A stretch of 64,000 nucleotides of DNA from Calditrichia bacterium (GCA_028284445.1 JANQRS010000052.1:22988-86987), one strand, 5' to 3'. Shown: positions 17,573-27,902, counted from the stretch's first letter. Notes: generated by a model from the sequence alone, not told the origin. Numbers and translations: made by a program.

Positions 17573-18346
17573 CTACTCCGGGGTCACATAGGCCGCTGTA
17601 ATCCCGCCATCAACGCTAAAGGTGCTGCCGGTGATGTACGACGCTTCATCGGAAGCAAGAAATAACGCAGATTGCGCCATTTCCGCTGCTTCACCGAAGC
17701 GGCCCATCGGGATATGCACCAGCCGACGCTGCTTTTTCTCTTCCGTATTCAGGAACTTCATCAACAGCTCTGTACGTAAAGGGCCGGGACACAGCGCATT
17801 CACGCGGATGTTCTCCCGGGCATGAATGGTCGCCAATTCGCGGGTCATCGAAAGCACTGCGCCCTTGCTGGCGGTATAGGCAATCTGCGGCGTGGCTGCA
17901 CCCAGCAGGGAAACGAAAGATGCGGTATTGATAATGCTCCCGCCCCCGGCGCGTCGCAGTGCGCCAATGCCATATTTGCAACCGAAAAAAACGCCCTTGA
18001 CGTTGATCGCCATGGTCAGGTCCCAGACATCTTCTTCCGTGGTTTCCGCATTGTCATCCTGGCTGTGCATGATACCGGCGTTGTTGAAGAGCACGTGTAA
18101 TGCGCCGTACCGGTCTTCGGCCGCCGCAATCATGGCTTCGCAATCTTCTGCTCTGGACACATCGGCTTTCACAAAGGTGGCCTGACCACCGCTATCCGCA
18201 ATCATTTTCACCGTTTCTTCGCCATCTGCAACGTTGATATCCACCGCTACTATCTTGGCGCCTTCTTTCGCGAAAAGCAATGCGCTTTCACGGCCAATGC
18301 CGCTGCTGGCCCCGGTTATCAAGGCCACTTTGTTGGCTAATCTCAT
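17573..18346 (-). CDS. Short-chain dehydrogenase/reductase (SDR)
   Basis: TGASSGIG, NNAGI, YTASKG, NALCPGP. Same type as the SDRs found next to glnA4-like genes. Confidence 0.92.
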   Translation of the reverse strand: MRLANKVALITGASSGIGRESALLFAKEGAKIVAVDINVADGEETVKMIADSGGQATFVKADVSRAEDCEAMIAAAEDRYGALHVLFNNAGIMHSQDDNAETTEEDVWDLTMAINVKGVFFGCKYGIGALRRAGGGSIINTASFVSLLGAATPQIAYTASKGAVLSMTRELATIHARENIRVNALCPGPLRTELLMKFLNTEEKKQRRLVHIPMGRFGEAAEMAQSALFLASDEASYITGSTFSVDGGITAAYVTPE

Positions 18347-18355
18347 TTTGTTACC

Positions 18356-19738
18356 TCAAATGCGTTCAAAATACCGTTTACGTTCCCAATCTGTTACTGC
18401 CTCATCGTAGGCTTGCTGTTCCTGCCGGTAAAAATGGACGTAGTGTTCAACCACCTCTTCGCCAAATGCATGTTTTGCAAATTTACTCTTTTCGAAAAGA
18501 GGAATTGCTTCACGCAGACTTCCCGGCACCTGGGGAATATTCTTCGCGGCGTAGACGTCACCCTCGTAAATTGCCGGCGGTTCAATCTTGTTTTTGATGC
18601 CGTCTAGTCCGGAAGCCAATGCCGCAGCAAAGGTCAAATACGGATTGCAGTCTGCTCCCGGTATGCGGCATTCGATTCGCAGGCTTTCACCGTGACCTAC
18701 CACCCGGAAGCCAGCTGTACGATTGTCGTAACTCCAGGCGAGCCCTGTTGGCGCCCAGGAACCGCTTTGGTAGCGCTTATATGAATTGACTGTTGGCGCA
18801 TAGAAGACCATGACTTCCGGCGCATGTTTGATCCAGCCGCCGAGAAACCAGCGCATGGCGTCGGTCGACTTGACTGGTCCAAGTTCCTTGCGCCCGCTGA
18901 ATGCGCTCTTGCCGTTCTTCTTGCGCAAACTCAGGTGAACGTGACAGCTTGAGCCAGCCTGACTCTGATCATATTTCGCCATAAAGGTGACGGAGACTCC
19001 CTGCTGATCAGCAATTTCCTTCAGGCATTGCTTATAGATAACATGGCGATCCGCCATAGTTAAGGCGTCGGCATAGCGAATGTTTAATTCATGCTGACCC
19101 AAACCCCATTCACCTTTGGAGTTTTCAACCGGCACGCCGCTGTCGCGCAGGTGGCGCCGTGCTTGCGCGGTAAATTTTTCTTCGCGCGCGCCCTGTAAAG
19201 CATGGTAATCCTCAATATACCACCCGGCGGGTTGCAGGTTGCTATATCCCTTTTCGTGGGCCTCGCGATAGCTATCGTCGAAGAGGTAATACTCCAATTC
19301 TGATGCACCCATTGCTGCATAGCCGGCCTTCCTGGCTTTGCCGAGCTGCTCAATGAGCATTGTCCGCGGCGCGATCGATACCAGATTATGTGTTTTCTCG
19401 TCCTCTACGTCGCAAATAACCAGCGCTGTTTTCTCAAGCCAGCTGGCATGGCGCAGCGTGTTGATATCCGGCTTCAGGTGGAAATCACCATATCCCAATT
19501 CCCAATTGGCAAAACGATACCCCGGAACCGGATTCATTTCCATATCAACTGTTAGCAAATAATCGCAGCCATGTGTGCCGGCTTTGGGCGTTTCTTCAAG
19601 AAAGAATTCGGCATCGAAGCGTTTGCCCATAAAGCGCCCGTAGTGATCTGTAAAAACGGTCAAAACGGTATCGATGTCATTGTTGCGAACCAGTTTCTTC
19701 AGTGCGTCCAGGGTTAGCATACCTTTGATGTTTGCCAT
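18356..19738 (-). CDS. Glutamine-synthetase-like gamma-glutamyl-amine ligase (GlnA4/PuuA type)
   Basis: GS fold motifs ELEYY, GQHELN, GSSCHVHLS, NSYKR, DNRT..FR, RIECRIPGAD.NPYL. The flap reads SWAP instead of the YEAP of true glutamine synthetase. Confidence 0.88.
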   Translation of the reverse strand: MANIKGMLTLDALKKLVRNNDIDTVLTVFTDHYGRFMGKRFDAEFFLEETPKAGTHGCDYLLTVDMEMNPVPGYRFANWELGYGDFHLKPDINTLRHASWLEKTALVICDVEDEKTHNLVSIAPRTMLIEQLGKARKAGYAAMGASELEYYLFDDSYREAHEKGYSNLQPAGWYIEDYHALQGAREEKFTAQARRHLRDSGVPVENSKGEWGLGQHELNIRYADALTMADRHVIYKQCLKEIADQQGVSVTFMAKYDQSQAGSSCHVHLSLRKKNGKSAFSGRKELGPVKSTDAMRWFLGGWIKHAPEVMVFYAPTVNSYKRYQSGSWAPTGLAWSYDNRTAGFRVVGHGESLRIECRIPGADCNPYLTFAAALASGLDGIKNKIEPPAIYEGDVYAAKNIPQVPGSLREAIPLFEKSKFAKHAFGEEVVEHYVHFYRQEQQAYDEAVTDWERKRYFERI

Positions 19739-19804
19739 ATGAGCTCCAGGGGGCTGAGTACTGTTGTTAGGTGATAGTTGATCGTTGTTAGATGTCAGTT
19801 GTTT

Positions 19805-19850
19805 GTTAGAGACATTTGACCACTACGTGGTCTTTTAAGGTGAAAAGAAA
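19805..19850. repeat. Dispersed intergenic repeat, copy 2, containing the hairpin GACCAC-TAC-GTGGTC
   Basis: Similar to 17399-17447. A third partial module (hairpin ATCCCG-CAAG-CGGGAT plus TCTTAAGGTGAAAAGA) lies at 19905-19936. Confidence 0.85.
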
Positions 19851-19974
19851 CTATTCGTCATTTCCTCCCCGGGTAGAAAAGCAAAGCCGGGGCTGTTCTA
19901 TATCATCCCGCAAGCGGGATTCTTAAGGTGAAAAGATAACATTTGACATTATTCATTTGTCATTCGTCATTTTT

Positions 19975-20016
19975 CACTGCCACTGCCACTGCCACTGCCA
20001 CTGCCACTGCCACTGC
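19975..20016. repeat. Hexamer microsatellite (CACTGC)7
   Basis: Seven perfect units immediately downstream of the permease stop codon. Confidence 0.95.
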
Positions 20017-20022
20017 CAACCA

Positions 20023-21489
20023 CTATTGCAACTCCTCAATGCCTTCAGCTATCAACGCTACCTCTTCCTCCGGTGCCTGAGCGACCAGATGATGGCGGCT
20101 GTAGAGGAGAAAATAGAGGATGCCGACAACCAGGAAGATGCTGGTACCCCAAACACCCGGACGATAGTCGGAGATCGAGAAACAGGCCAGCAAAGCAATA
20201 ATTGACAAGATACCGCCAATTGCCGCTCCCGGAATGCCCAAGGGGCTGACGTAAGGCCTTTCCAGGTCCGGCCTGGTGAGCCGCAATTTAATAAAGCTGA
20301 TCATTACCAGGGTGTACGAAATAACTGCCCCGAATACTGCCATGTTTAACAAGGCTGCGCCCACGCCGCCACTTCCGGAGCGATCAATAATAACTGCACA
20401 GATGAATCCAATTGCCCCACCCAATATTAGCGCTACCCATGGGGTTTTGTTCTTGCCGGTGATTGAAATCCAGCGTGGGAAATAGCCGGCCCGTGAAAGG
20501 GCAAACAAGACCCGGCCATAGGCATAAATGATTGTGTGGAAGCTGGCAAGCAAACCGGTCAGCGCAATGATAGTAAGAATTGCAGTGGCTTCACCGGCGC
20601 CGAAGACCACGCTGAACCCTTCCTGGAGAGGGGCGTCGGAGCTACCGATCACCACAGCACCACCGCCAACCCCGGTATTCAGAACTAAGGTCAAGACGGA
20701 CAAGATTAGCAGGGTGAAGATGCCGGTGATGAGGGCCCGCGGCATATCATTGACCACGTCATGGGTTTCTTCTGCTGCCAATGGCAGTTGCTCGATAGCC
20801 AGATAGAACCAGATCGCAAAAGGCAGTGCCGAGAAAACCCCGGTCCAGCCGAAGGGCAGCCAGTCAGAAGATTGACCCGGTTCTGCCGGGATGTTAAAGA
20901 GGTTCTCCCAGCGAAAGGTGCCGGTCAGAAGCACGCCACCATAGAAGATGAACAATACCAGCATCGCCAGAATGGTGATGACCAAGCCGACTTTAAAGGT
21001 CAATTCCACCCCGCGAATATTGATGCCCAGGAAGAGTGCATAAGAGAGAAGCCAGCACGCATACAGCGGCAAATCCGGTATTAGTGTATTGAGGTAACCG
21101 CCAATGCCGACCACAATCACCGCAGGCGTAATTACATATTCGATGGTGTCTGTCAGACCGCATACAAAACCGCCAAAAGGCCCGAGGGCATTGCGAGTGA
21201 AGGAGTAAAAGCCGCCGGCATGTGGTAAGGCAGCGGACAACTCGGCAATGCTGTAGACCATGCAAACATACATAATTGCCATCAAAACCGTCGCGATGCT
21301 CAATCCCCAGAATCCGCCGGCCGCAAGTCCGAAATTCCACCCAAAGTAATCGCCGGATATGACTGCACCAACCCCCAATGCCCAAAGCATCACCCAGCCG
21401 GCGCTTTTCTTCAATTGGCGTTTGTTTAGGTAGTCACTGCCGACGTTTTCGTATCCGGCCAGTCCTGACTTCTGCGGCGGTTGACTCAT
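20023..21489 (-). CDS. eat: APC-superfamily amine permease, ethanolamine permease (Eat) type
   Basis: About 12 TM helices; LWALGVGAVISGDYFGWNFG, PHAGG, FAIWFYLAIEQLPLAAEE, GLLASFH, C-terminal APEEE. Confidence 0.8.
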   Translation of the reverse strand: MSQPPQKSGLAGYENVGSDYLNKRQLKKSAGWVMLWALGVGAVISGDYFGWNFGLAAGGFWGLSIATVLMAIMYVCMVYSIAELSAALPHAGGFYSFTRNALGPFGGFVCGLTDTIEYVITPAVIVVGIGGYLNTLIPDLPLYACWLLSYALFLGINIRGVELTFKVGLVITILAMLVLFIFYGGVLLTGTFRWENLFNIPAEPGQSSDWLPFGWTGVFSALPFAIWFYLAIEQLPLAAEETHDVVNDMPRALITGIFTLLILSVLTLVLNTGVGGGAVVIGSSDAPLQEGFSVVFGAGEATAILTIIALTGLLASFHTIIYAYGRVLFALSRAGYFPRWISITGKNKTPWVALILGGAIGFICAVIIDRSGSGGVGAALLNMAVFGAVISYTLVMISFIKLRLTRPDLERPYVSPLGIPGAAIGGILSIIALLACFSISDYRPGVWGTSIFLVVGILYFLLYSRHHLVAQAPEEEVALIAEGIEELQ

Positions 21490-21511
21490 TGTCTGCTTCT
21501 CCTTGGGATGC

Positions 21512-22702
21512 TTAGGGCTTGAAGTTCAACAATTGATAGGTGAAGAATGATACTGCTATATTAATGACTTCTTTGGGAACATCAAACAATCCCTCATGGA
21601 GAGTAGCGGTATGCTGCTCCGTGCCGACACCGAATCGAACATAAGCACCGGGAATATCCTTCACATAGTGGCTAAAGTCGTCGGTGCCGGGTGTGCGAAA
21701 ATTAGCGTCAATCCCAACCGGCAGCCAGAAGCCATTGAGCGTTGCATCGGTTAGCTGATCGATGACGCCCTTGTCGTTCAGAATCGGTTCCGAGCCTTCT
21801 TGTATATTTAGATCGATTGTGCATCCGGTTTCATCTTCCAGGTGTTTTAAGAGCTTGCGGAAGCGCTCGTAGAACACCAGTTTCTTGGCTGGGTCAGCAA
21901 GGCGAATGGTGCCGGTCAGCTTGAGCTCGCCGGGAATAACATTGTATCCCTGTGCGGCATGGATTTCGGTGAAGGTGAGAACAACGGTATTGTCCATCAG
22001 GTTTACTTCCCGGTAAATAATCTGATAGCTATCCTGGACGATGCGGCTGGCAATCCAGACCAAATCTGCCGTGTCCGAAGGCCGGGCGGAGTGTCCACCC
22101 GGGCCTTTGAGTGTCAAGTCAATGCGTATGGACTGCATGTTAACCCGACCGGCGGTGAGACCGATGGTGTTTAAAGGGATGCGCGGTTCCATGTGCATGC
22201 CCAGGGCATAAGCAACATCCTCCAGCGCGCCATTGGCGATCATTTCAGGTGCACCACTGGGAATCGGTTCTTCCGCCGGCTGGAAAACAAAGCGAAGATT
22301 ATGCGAGAGGTCCGGTTTTAGCGCCTGAATGGCGAGCGCAGTGCCGAGAGCTGTGGTTGTGTGAACATCGTGGGCGCAAGCATGGCAAACACCTTCGTTG
22401 CGCGAGCGATACGTCACTTGTTTCTCATCTTGTAGCGGCAATGCATCGATGTCCGCCCGTAGCAATACATATGGCGCATCCTTCTTGAATTCAAAATCGA
22501 CAATCCCGCCGGTGTCAATGACCCGGCGAAAGTGCTTGAGGCCATGCGCTGCCAGCTTTTCCTGAATTTTATCCGTTGTGCGATGTTCTTGCCAGCTTAA
22601 CTCCGGATGTCGATGGAGGTCTTCGCGGAAATCGATCAGTTCTGGTAATAAGCGATTTACCTGTTCTTGAATGGCTTCCGGGCTGATGCTTTCATTGGAC
22701 AT
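21512..22702 (-). CDS. M20D-family amidohydrolase (Acy1/hippuricase-like)
   Basis: GGAG RBS before ATG 22702; LHRHPELS, LRADIDALP, HACAHD, FQPAEE, GGHSARP, LH near the C-terminus. Confidence 0.9.
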   Translation of the reverse strand: MSNESISPEAIQEQVNRLLPELIDFREDLHRHPELSWQEHRTTDKIQEKLAAHGLKHFRRVIDTGGIVDFEFKKDAPYVLLRADIDALPLQDEKQVTYRSRNEGVCHACAHDVHTTTALGTALAIQALKPDLSHNLRFVFQPAEEPIPSGAPEMIANGALEDVAYALGMHMEPRIPLNTIGLTAGRVNMQSIRIDLTLKGPGGHSARPSDTADLVWIASRIVQDSYQIIYREVNLMDNTVVLTFTEIHAAQGYNVIPGELKLTGTIRLADPAKKLVFYERFRKLLKHLEDETGCTIDLNIQEGSEPILNDKGVIDQLTDATLNGFWLPVGIDANFRTPGTDDFSHYVKDIPGAYVRFGVGTEQHTATLHEGLFDVPKEVINIAVSFFTYQLLNFKP

Positions 22703-22940
22703 GAGTCGTCTCCGCTGAGTTGGGGCTGAAAATTCCCTGAATGTCACCAAGCCTTCCCAAATTTTCAAGCACTTTGTCAATTATGGGCGTGAAAATGTGG
22801 CTGTTGGAAGTCTTGAGCAGTCAAAAACTTAAATTGGATATTCGGTCCAAAAAGGGTTATATTTGCTGCGTCCACCAGCAAGCTGATACCCATTATCCGA
22901 CTTCCTGATTATTCTTGCTGAACATGCACTGGGGAATTTT

Positions 22941-23885
22941 ATGTCTGCTATTACGCTTTGGTCTCTCATATTTGTCGTCAGTCTGATCGTGCTGGTTAAG
23001 TCGTCCGATTATTTTACCGGTGCGGCTGAGCAGATTGGCTTGATGGCCGGTATTTCACATTATATTGTTGGGTTGACCATTGTGTCTATTGGGACTTCGC
23101 TGCCGGAGCTGATTTCCTCCGTCGTCGCAGTGTCTAAAGGCTCCTCAGAAATTGTCGCTGGTAATGTGGTTGGGTCTAATGTCGCAAATATTCTCCTGAT
23201 TATCGGATTTGGGGCGATGCTTGCAAAAGGATTGCAAATCACGCGCGACATTATTCGCGTTGATCTGCCGCTGTTGCTTGGTTCAGCATTTTTCCTGGCG
23301 ATGGCTGTACAGGATGGTGCATTTTCACGCGGTGAGGCGGTCTTGTTCATCGTAGCCCTGCTGGTATTTGTTTCTTATACCATTGTGGACGGTCGCAGCG
23401 GCGCCGGTGCCATAGAGGATGATGAAGAAAAAGTACCCTTCAATATCAAACCGGTTTTGATTTTAGCAGGCAGTGCAGTTGGCGTTTACTTTGGCGCACA
23501 ATATACAATTGATTCGGTGATCGCGCTGGCGGAAATTCTGGAGGTGGGTAAAGAAGTTGTCGCAGTAAGTGCAGTAGCCATTGGCACTTCGCTGCCTGAG
23601 TTAGCGGTGACGGTGAGCGCGGTTCGGCGGAAAAATACCGAAATGGTGGTTGGTAACGTTCTGGGGTCAAATATCTTTAATACTTTTGCCGTGATGGGCA
23701 TCCCCGCACTGATGGGAAGCTTGGTCGTGCCGAGTTCGCTGATCTCCACCGGCGTTCCCTTGTTGATTATTGCCACTTTGCTCTTCCTGGTTGCCACACT
23801 CGACAAGCGAGTGAGCCGTTGGGAAGGGGCGATGTTTATGATTCTCTACGCATTCTTTATTGGAACCATTTTCGAACTACTATAG
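22941..23885 (+). CDS. Calcium/sodium antiporter (CaCA, YrbG family)
   Basis: Two alpha-repeats GTSLPEL and GNVVGSN/GNVLGSN; about 10 TM helices. Confidence 0.92.
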   Translation: MSAITLWSLIFVVSLIVLVKSSDYFTGAAEQIGLMAGISHYIVGLTIVSIGTSLPELISSVVAVSKGSSEIVAGNVVGSNVANILLIIGFGAMLAKGLQITRDIIRVDLPLLLGSAFFLAMAVQDGAFSRGEAVLFIVALLVFVSYTIVDGRSGAGAIEDDEEKVPFNIKPVLILAGSAVGVYFGAQYTIDSVIALAEILEVGKEVVAVSAVAIGTSLPELAVTVSAVRRKNTEMVVGNVLGSNIFNTFAVMGIPALMGSLVVPSSLISTGVPLLIIATLLFLVATLDKRVSRWEGAMFMILYAFFIGTIFELL

Positions 23886-23893
23886 GAAATTCA

Positions 23894-24559
23894 ATGCAAA
23901 TGCCTTCAGTCCAAATGCTCGCCGGCGGCGAACCGATTCGAGTGGGCTCAATTTTTTGCATCGGGCGAAATTATGCTGCCCATGCAGCCGAGCTAAACAA
24001 TCCGGTGCCAAAATCACCGCTGGTTTTTCTTAAGCCGGCTTCGTCGTTATTGGCTTCTGGTGGCCGAGTCGCGATACCCGCTGCCAGCAAAGACGTTCAT
24101 CACGAAGTCGAGGTGGTTGTTCTGATTGGCACAGGCGGAAAAGGCTTTTCGACGGAAGAAGCAGTTGATCATATTTCCGGTGTTGGGATCGGCATCGATT
24201 TGACTGCTCGCGACATCCAGTCCCGGGCAAAGGAAAAAGGGCATCCCTGGTCAATCGCCAAAGGCTTTGATGGCTTCGCTCCGCTAAGCGCGTTGATCGC
24301 ACCACAGGCGGTCGGAGACTTAACGGATCTATCCCTGAGCTTGACAGTTAATGGCGAAGTGCGCCAGTCGGGTACAACTGCTAATATGCTCTGGCCAATT
24401 GCTGATTTAGTCAGCTATCTTTCGAGTATTTTTACTTTGTATCCGGGAGATTTGGTATTTACCGGAACGCCAGAAGGCGTTGGACCGGTAGAAAGCGGTG
24501 ATCAATTGCAAGCGATTTTGGGCGATGGCATCGTCACGCTTGATATTGGGATTGAATAA
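23894..24559 (+). CDS. Fumarylacetoacetate hydrolase family protein (YcgM/FAHD1-like)
   Basis: [44 protein letters not shown]. Confidence 0.92.
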   Translation: MQMPSVQMLAGGEPIRVGSIFCIGRNYAAHAAELNNPVPKSPLVFLKPASSLLASGGRVAIPAASKDVHHEVEVVVLIGTGGKGFSTEEAVDHISGVGIGIDLTARDIQSRAKEKGHPWSIAKGFDGFAPLSALIAPQAVGDLTDLSLSLTVNGEVRQSGTTANMLWPIADLVSYLSSIFTLYPGDLVFTGTPEGVGPVESGDQLQAILGDGIVTLDIGIE

Positions 24560-24567
24560 GAAATATT

Positions 24568-24600
24568 CCCCTATATCCCCTTCGAAGAGGGATAAAGGGG
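24568..24600. other. Intergenic stem-loop (REP-like or terminator)
   Basis: CCCCTATATCCC pairs with GGGATAAAGGGG (one mismatch) around CTTCGAAG. Confidence 0.45.
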
Positions 24601-24639
24601 GATGTTGAATCAGGAAATATTTACAAACGGAGACATGTT

Positions 24640-26286
24640 GTGAGTTCTCTTGACAATAAGAAAAAGCAGTGGGAAGAAACCACGGTCAAGAAAGTGACCG
24701 ACCGCTTTCCGGAGCGCAAGGAGCGCTTCGCGACTGACTCGGATATCGATGTTGAGCGCCTCTATTTGCCACCGGAAACAGTTCAGTATGAAGAGGCATT
24801 GGGGTTTCCCGGCGAGTTCCCCTATACCCGTGGTGTCTATCCAACCATGTATCGCGGGCGCTTCTGGACGATGCGCCAATATGCCGGATACGCCACCGCT
24901 GAGGAGTCTAATGAGCGTTATCGTTTCCTGCTGAACAGTGGGACTACCGGGCTTTCGGTGGCATTTGATCTGCCGACCCAAATCGGCTACGATTCCGATC
25001 ATCCGTTTGCCCTGGGCGAAGTGGGTAAGGTTGGGGTTGCGATCGACTCTCTGAGAGACATGGAGATCCTTTTCGATCAGATCCCACTCGACAAGGTATC
25101 GACTTCTATGACCATCAATTCTACCGCTTCCATTTTGTTGGCGCTCTACATTGCAGTTGCCCGCAAGCAAGGCGTTGATGAGACGAAGCTCTCCGGCACC
25201 ATTCAAAATGATATTCTCAAGGAATATATTGCCCGTGGCACCTATATTTTCCCGCCCGAGCCGTCGATGCGCATTATTACCGATATCTTCAGCTACTGTA
25301 AAGATCATTTGCCAAATTGGAATACGATTTCGATTAGTGGCTATCATATTCGCGAGGCAGGTTCCACCGCTATTCAAGAAGTGGCTTTCACCTTCGCAAA
25401 TGCCATTGCCTATGTGCAGGCGGCGATAGATAGCGGCATGAGCGTGGATAGCTTTGCCAGGCGTCTTTCTTTCTTTTTTAATTCCCATAATAACCTGCTG
25501 GAAGAGATCGCAAAGTTTCGTGCTGCCCGCCGCCTTTGGGCCAGGATCATGAAAGAACGCTTCAACGCGGAAAAGGCATCTTCAATGATGTTGCGCTTTC
25601 ACACCCAAACCGCAGGTAGTTCTCTGACTGCCCAACAGCCGCTAAATAACGTGGTTCGCACCACAATTCAGGCATTGGCTGCCGTTTTGGGAGGCACCCA
25701 ATCGCTGCATACAAATTCATTTGACGAGGCGCTTGGGCTGCCAACTGAGGACGCTGCCACAATTGCCCTTCGAACCCAGCAAATTGTTGCCTATGAAAGC
25801 GGGGTTGCTGATACCGTGGATCCGCTGGCCGGTTCATACGTGATCGAAAAGATGACTGATGAAATCGAGTCCGGCGCGCTGAAATATATCGAATTGATTG
25901 ACAATATGGGTGGCGCGGTTGCTGCAATCCGCAATCGCTTCTTCCAGGACGAAATTGCCGGCAGTGCATATCGCTACCAGCGTGATATTGAGAAGGACCA
26001 AAAAGTGATTGTTGGCGTCAATCGTTTTCAGCAAAGCGAGGCGGATCAGCCGGATATCCTGCGAATCAACGAGTCAATGGTGCAATCGCAGCTCGATCGG
26101 CTTCGCCGCCTGCGAGAAGAACGCGATGCTGATGCTGTAGATGCTGTACTCTTAAAGCTGAAGAATGCCGCCTCGGGAAATGCTAATCTGATGCCGGTCA
26201 TTATTGAGGCCGTGGAGGCTTATGCAACTGTCGGCGAAATAGCTGATGTGCTGCGAAAAGTGTTTGGAGAATATCGGGAAGCATGA
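24640..26286 (+). CDS. Methylmalonyl-CoA mutase, stand-alone substrate-binding (large) subunit
   Basis: [52 protein letters not shown]. Tyr and Arg at the specificity positions match MCM rather than ICM. No DxHxxG B12-binding domain. Confidence 0.9.
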   Translation: MSSLDNKKKQWEETTVKKVTDRFPERKERFATDSDIDVERLYLPPETVQYEEALGFPGEFPYTRGVYPTMYRGRFWTMRQYAGYATAEESNERYRFLLNSGTTGLSVAFDLPTQIGYDSDHPFALGEVGKVGVAIDSLRDMEILFDQIPLDKVSTSMTINSTASILLALYIAVARKQGVDETKLSGTIQNDILKEYIARGTYIFPPEPSMRIITDIFSYCKDHLPNWNTISISGYHIREAGSTAIQEVAFTFANAIAYVQAAIDSGMSVDSFARRLSFFFNSHNNLLEEIAKFRAARRLWARIMKERFNAEKASSMMLRFHTQTAGSSLTAQQPLNNVVRTTIQALAAVLGGTQSLHTNSFDEALGLPTEDAATIALRTQQIVAYESGVADTVDPLAGSYVIEKMTDEIESGALKYIELIDNMGGAVAAIRNRFFQDEIAGSAYRYQRDIEKDQKVIVGVNRFQQSEADQPDILRINESMVQSQLDRLRRLREERDADAVDAVLLKLKNAASGNANLMPVIIEAVEAYATVGEIADVLRKVFGEYREA

Positions 26287-27065
26287 TCGAGCAATTTAGA
26301 AAGCAATTGGCCGGATTGGATGGCTTCAATGTTGAAGTGTTCGAGTCTATTCCATCGACAAATGACTATCTATTCGGACCGAATGGTGCAGATAAACCAT
26401 CGTGGACGGTCGCTGTGGCTGACGAACAAACTGCCGGCCGTGGCCGCTTGCGACGTCATTGGAGCAGTCGCCCTGGCATTGGGCTCTGGTTTTCGATCTT
26501 GATTCGCAATCCACAGCTGGGCGGAAAAACAAACCTGCTTAATTTGTTGACGGCAGTGACGCTCGCGGAATTTCTTGATCAGAAACTGCAGGAATATGGC
26601 AAGGATGAAAGTAAGACACGGCTAAAATGGCCCAATGATATCTTTTGCAGAGGCAAGAAGATCTGCGGTATCCTTTTGCAAACCAGCTACAGCGGTAATC
26701 GAATTGGTCATGTTGTCCTGGGTATTGGGCTAAATGTCAATCATCAACGGTCCGACTTCCCGCCGGAAATACAGACGCTGGCGACGTCTCTGGCGATTGA
26801 ATCCGGCACTATTTGGGATCGCGCGACATTGTTTGGCGAGTTTCTGATAAAACTGCGCCATGAGGTAGCCACATATTTGCCTGCCCGCAGCAGCGAGATT
26901 GTTAGCCGCTACATGCAGCGAGTCATTCAGCAGGGAGAAGCAGTAACAGTAACACATGGTGAAGCAAGAATTCAGGGAGTTTTCAAATCCTTGACCCCGG
27001 AAGGGTTTATGGTACTGGCGCGTAAAGATGGCGATTTGGTCATTACCACCGGTGAGGTCGGCTAA
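26283..27065 (+). CDS. birA: Biotin--[acetyl-CoA carboxylase] ligase without an HTH domain
   Basis: [34 protein letters not shown] overlap with the mutase gene. Confidence 0.92.
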   Translation: MIEQFRKQLAGLDGFNVEVFESIPSTNDYLFGPNGADKPSWTVAVADEQTAGRGRLRRHWSSRPGIGLWFSILIRNPQLGGKTNLLNLLTAVTLAEFLDQKLQEYGKDESKTRLKWPNDIFCRGKKICGILLQTSYSGNRIGHVVLGIGLNVNHQRSDFPPEIQTLATSLAIESGTIWDRATLFGEFLIKLRHEVATYLPARSSEIVSRYMQRVIQQGEAVTVTHGEARIQGVFKSLTPEGFMVLARKDGDLVITTGEVG

Positions 27066-27134
27066 AAGGCGTAAAAACAAGTTCTCTTGCAAGTCTGTTG
27101 ACGATAATCAATTCATTACAGTGGTACATCTATT

Positions 27135-27902
27135 ATGATGTTGTTAGTAGATACCGGTAATACGCACATCGAAATCGGATTATACGATCAGCAAACATTT
27201 GTTGATAGCTGGCGAATTGCTACCGGGGTCCACCGCACTGAAGACGAAATGATGGCCTTTATCTATCAATGCCTGCGGATGCGAAATTTGGATCCCGGAG
27301 TGATTGAGGACATGGCCATCGCATCGGTGGTGCCCAATATCACCCAGATCTTTAGCCGTTTGAGTGAAAAGTATTTTCAGAAAGCGCCGTTGATTGTTAA
27401 TCACCAATTGGACCTCGGCGTGACAATCGACTACGATCCCCCGCATAGCGTTGGGGCCGATCGGATTTGTGGTGCGGTTGCCGCACTTGAGAAGCATAAA
27501 AAGACGTGCTTGATCGTCGATTTTGGGACAGCAACCACGCTTGACGTGATCACAGCTGAGGGCGTTTATTTGGGAGGGGCAATCGCGCCAGGTCTGGAAA
27601 CAGCCTCGCATGGGCTTTATGCACGGGCTTCGAAGCTGCCAAAGATTTCCCTGGAAGTACCGCAGCGAGTGATAGGAAAGAACACTGAAGAGAGTATGCA
27701 GAGCGGGGTGATGATTGGCAACGTCAAGATGATTGATGGCCTGATTGGCGCGATGAAAAACGAACTGCCGGATGACCCGGCGGTAATTGCGACCGGCGGA
27801 TTAAGCCGGGTCATTGCCCCGGAAAGTCAATATATCGAACATGTGGACCTTAATTTGGTCCTGGATGGACTTATGATCATTTATCAGCGTAATAAGTTAT
27901 GA
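27135..27902 (+). CDS. coaX: Type III pantothenate kinase
   Basis: VDTGNT, ASVVP, GADR, VDFGTATT, GGAIAPG, IATGG. Confidence 0.95.
   Translation: MMLLVDTGNTHIEIGLYDQQTFVDSWRIATGVHRTEDEMMAFIYQCLRMRNLDPGVIEDMAIASVVPNITQIFSRLSEKYFQKAPLIVNHQLDLGVTIDYDPPHSVGADRICGAVAALEKHKKTCLIVDFGTATTLDVITAEGVYLGGAIAPGLETASHGLYARASKLPKISLEVPQRVIGKNTEESMQSGVMIGNVKMIDGLIGAMKNELPDDPAVIATGGLSRVIAPESQYIEHVDLNLVLDGLMIIYQRNKL

Noticed and set aside
18356..19738. Calling the GS-like gene glnA (true glutamine synthetase)
   Set aside because: The flap Glu is replaced by Trp (SWAP), and the permease/SDR/ALDH context fits a gamma-glutamyl-amine ligase.
19957..20205. Plus-strand ORF with CHCHCHCH repeats that looks like a metal-binding peptide
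   Set aside because: It is the translation of the (CACTGC)7 microsatellite, has no clear RBS and runs antisense into the permease gene.
24610..25488. 292-aa minus-strand ORF
   Set aside because: Antisense shadow of the well-conserved mutase gene, with no recognisable motifs.
24640..26286. Mutase as a truncated pseudogene or as isobutyryl-CoA mutase
   Set aside because: Split large and small subunit mutases are common, the ORF ends normally (VFGEY), and the Tyr/Arg specificity residues match methylmalonyl-CoA mutase.
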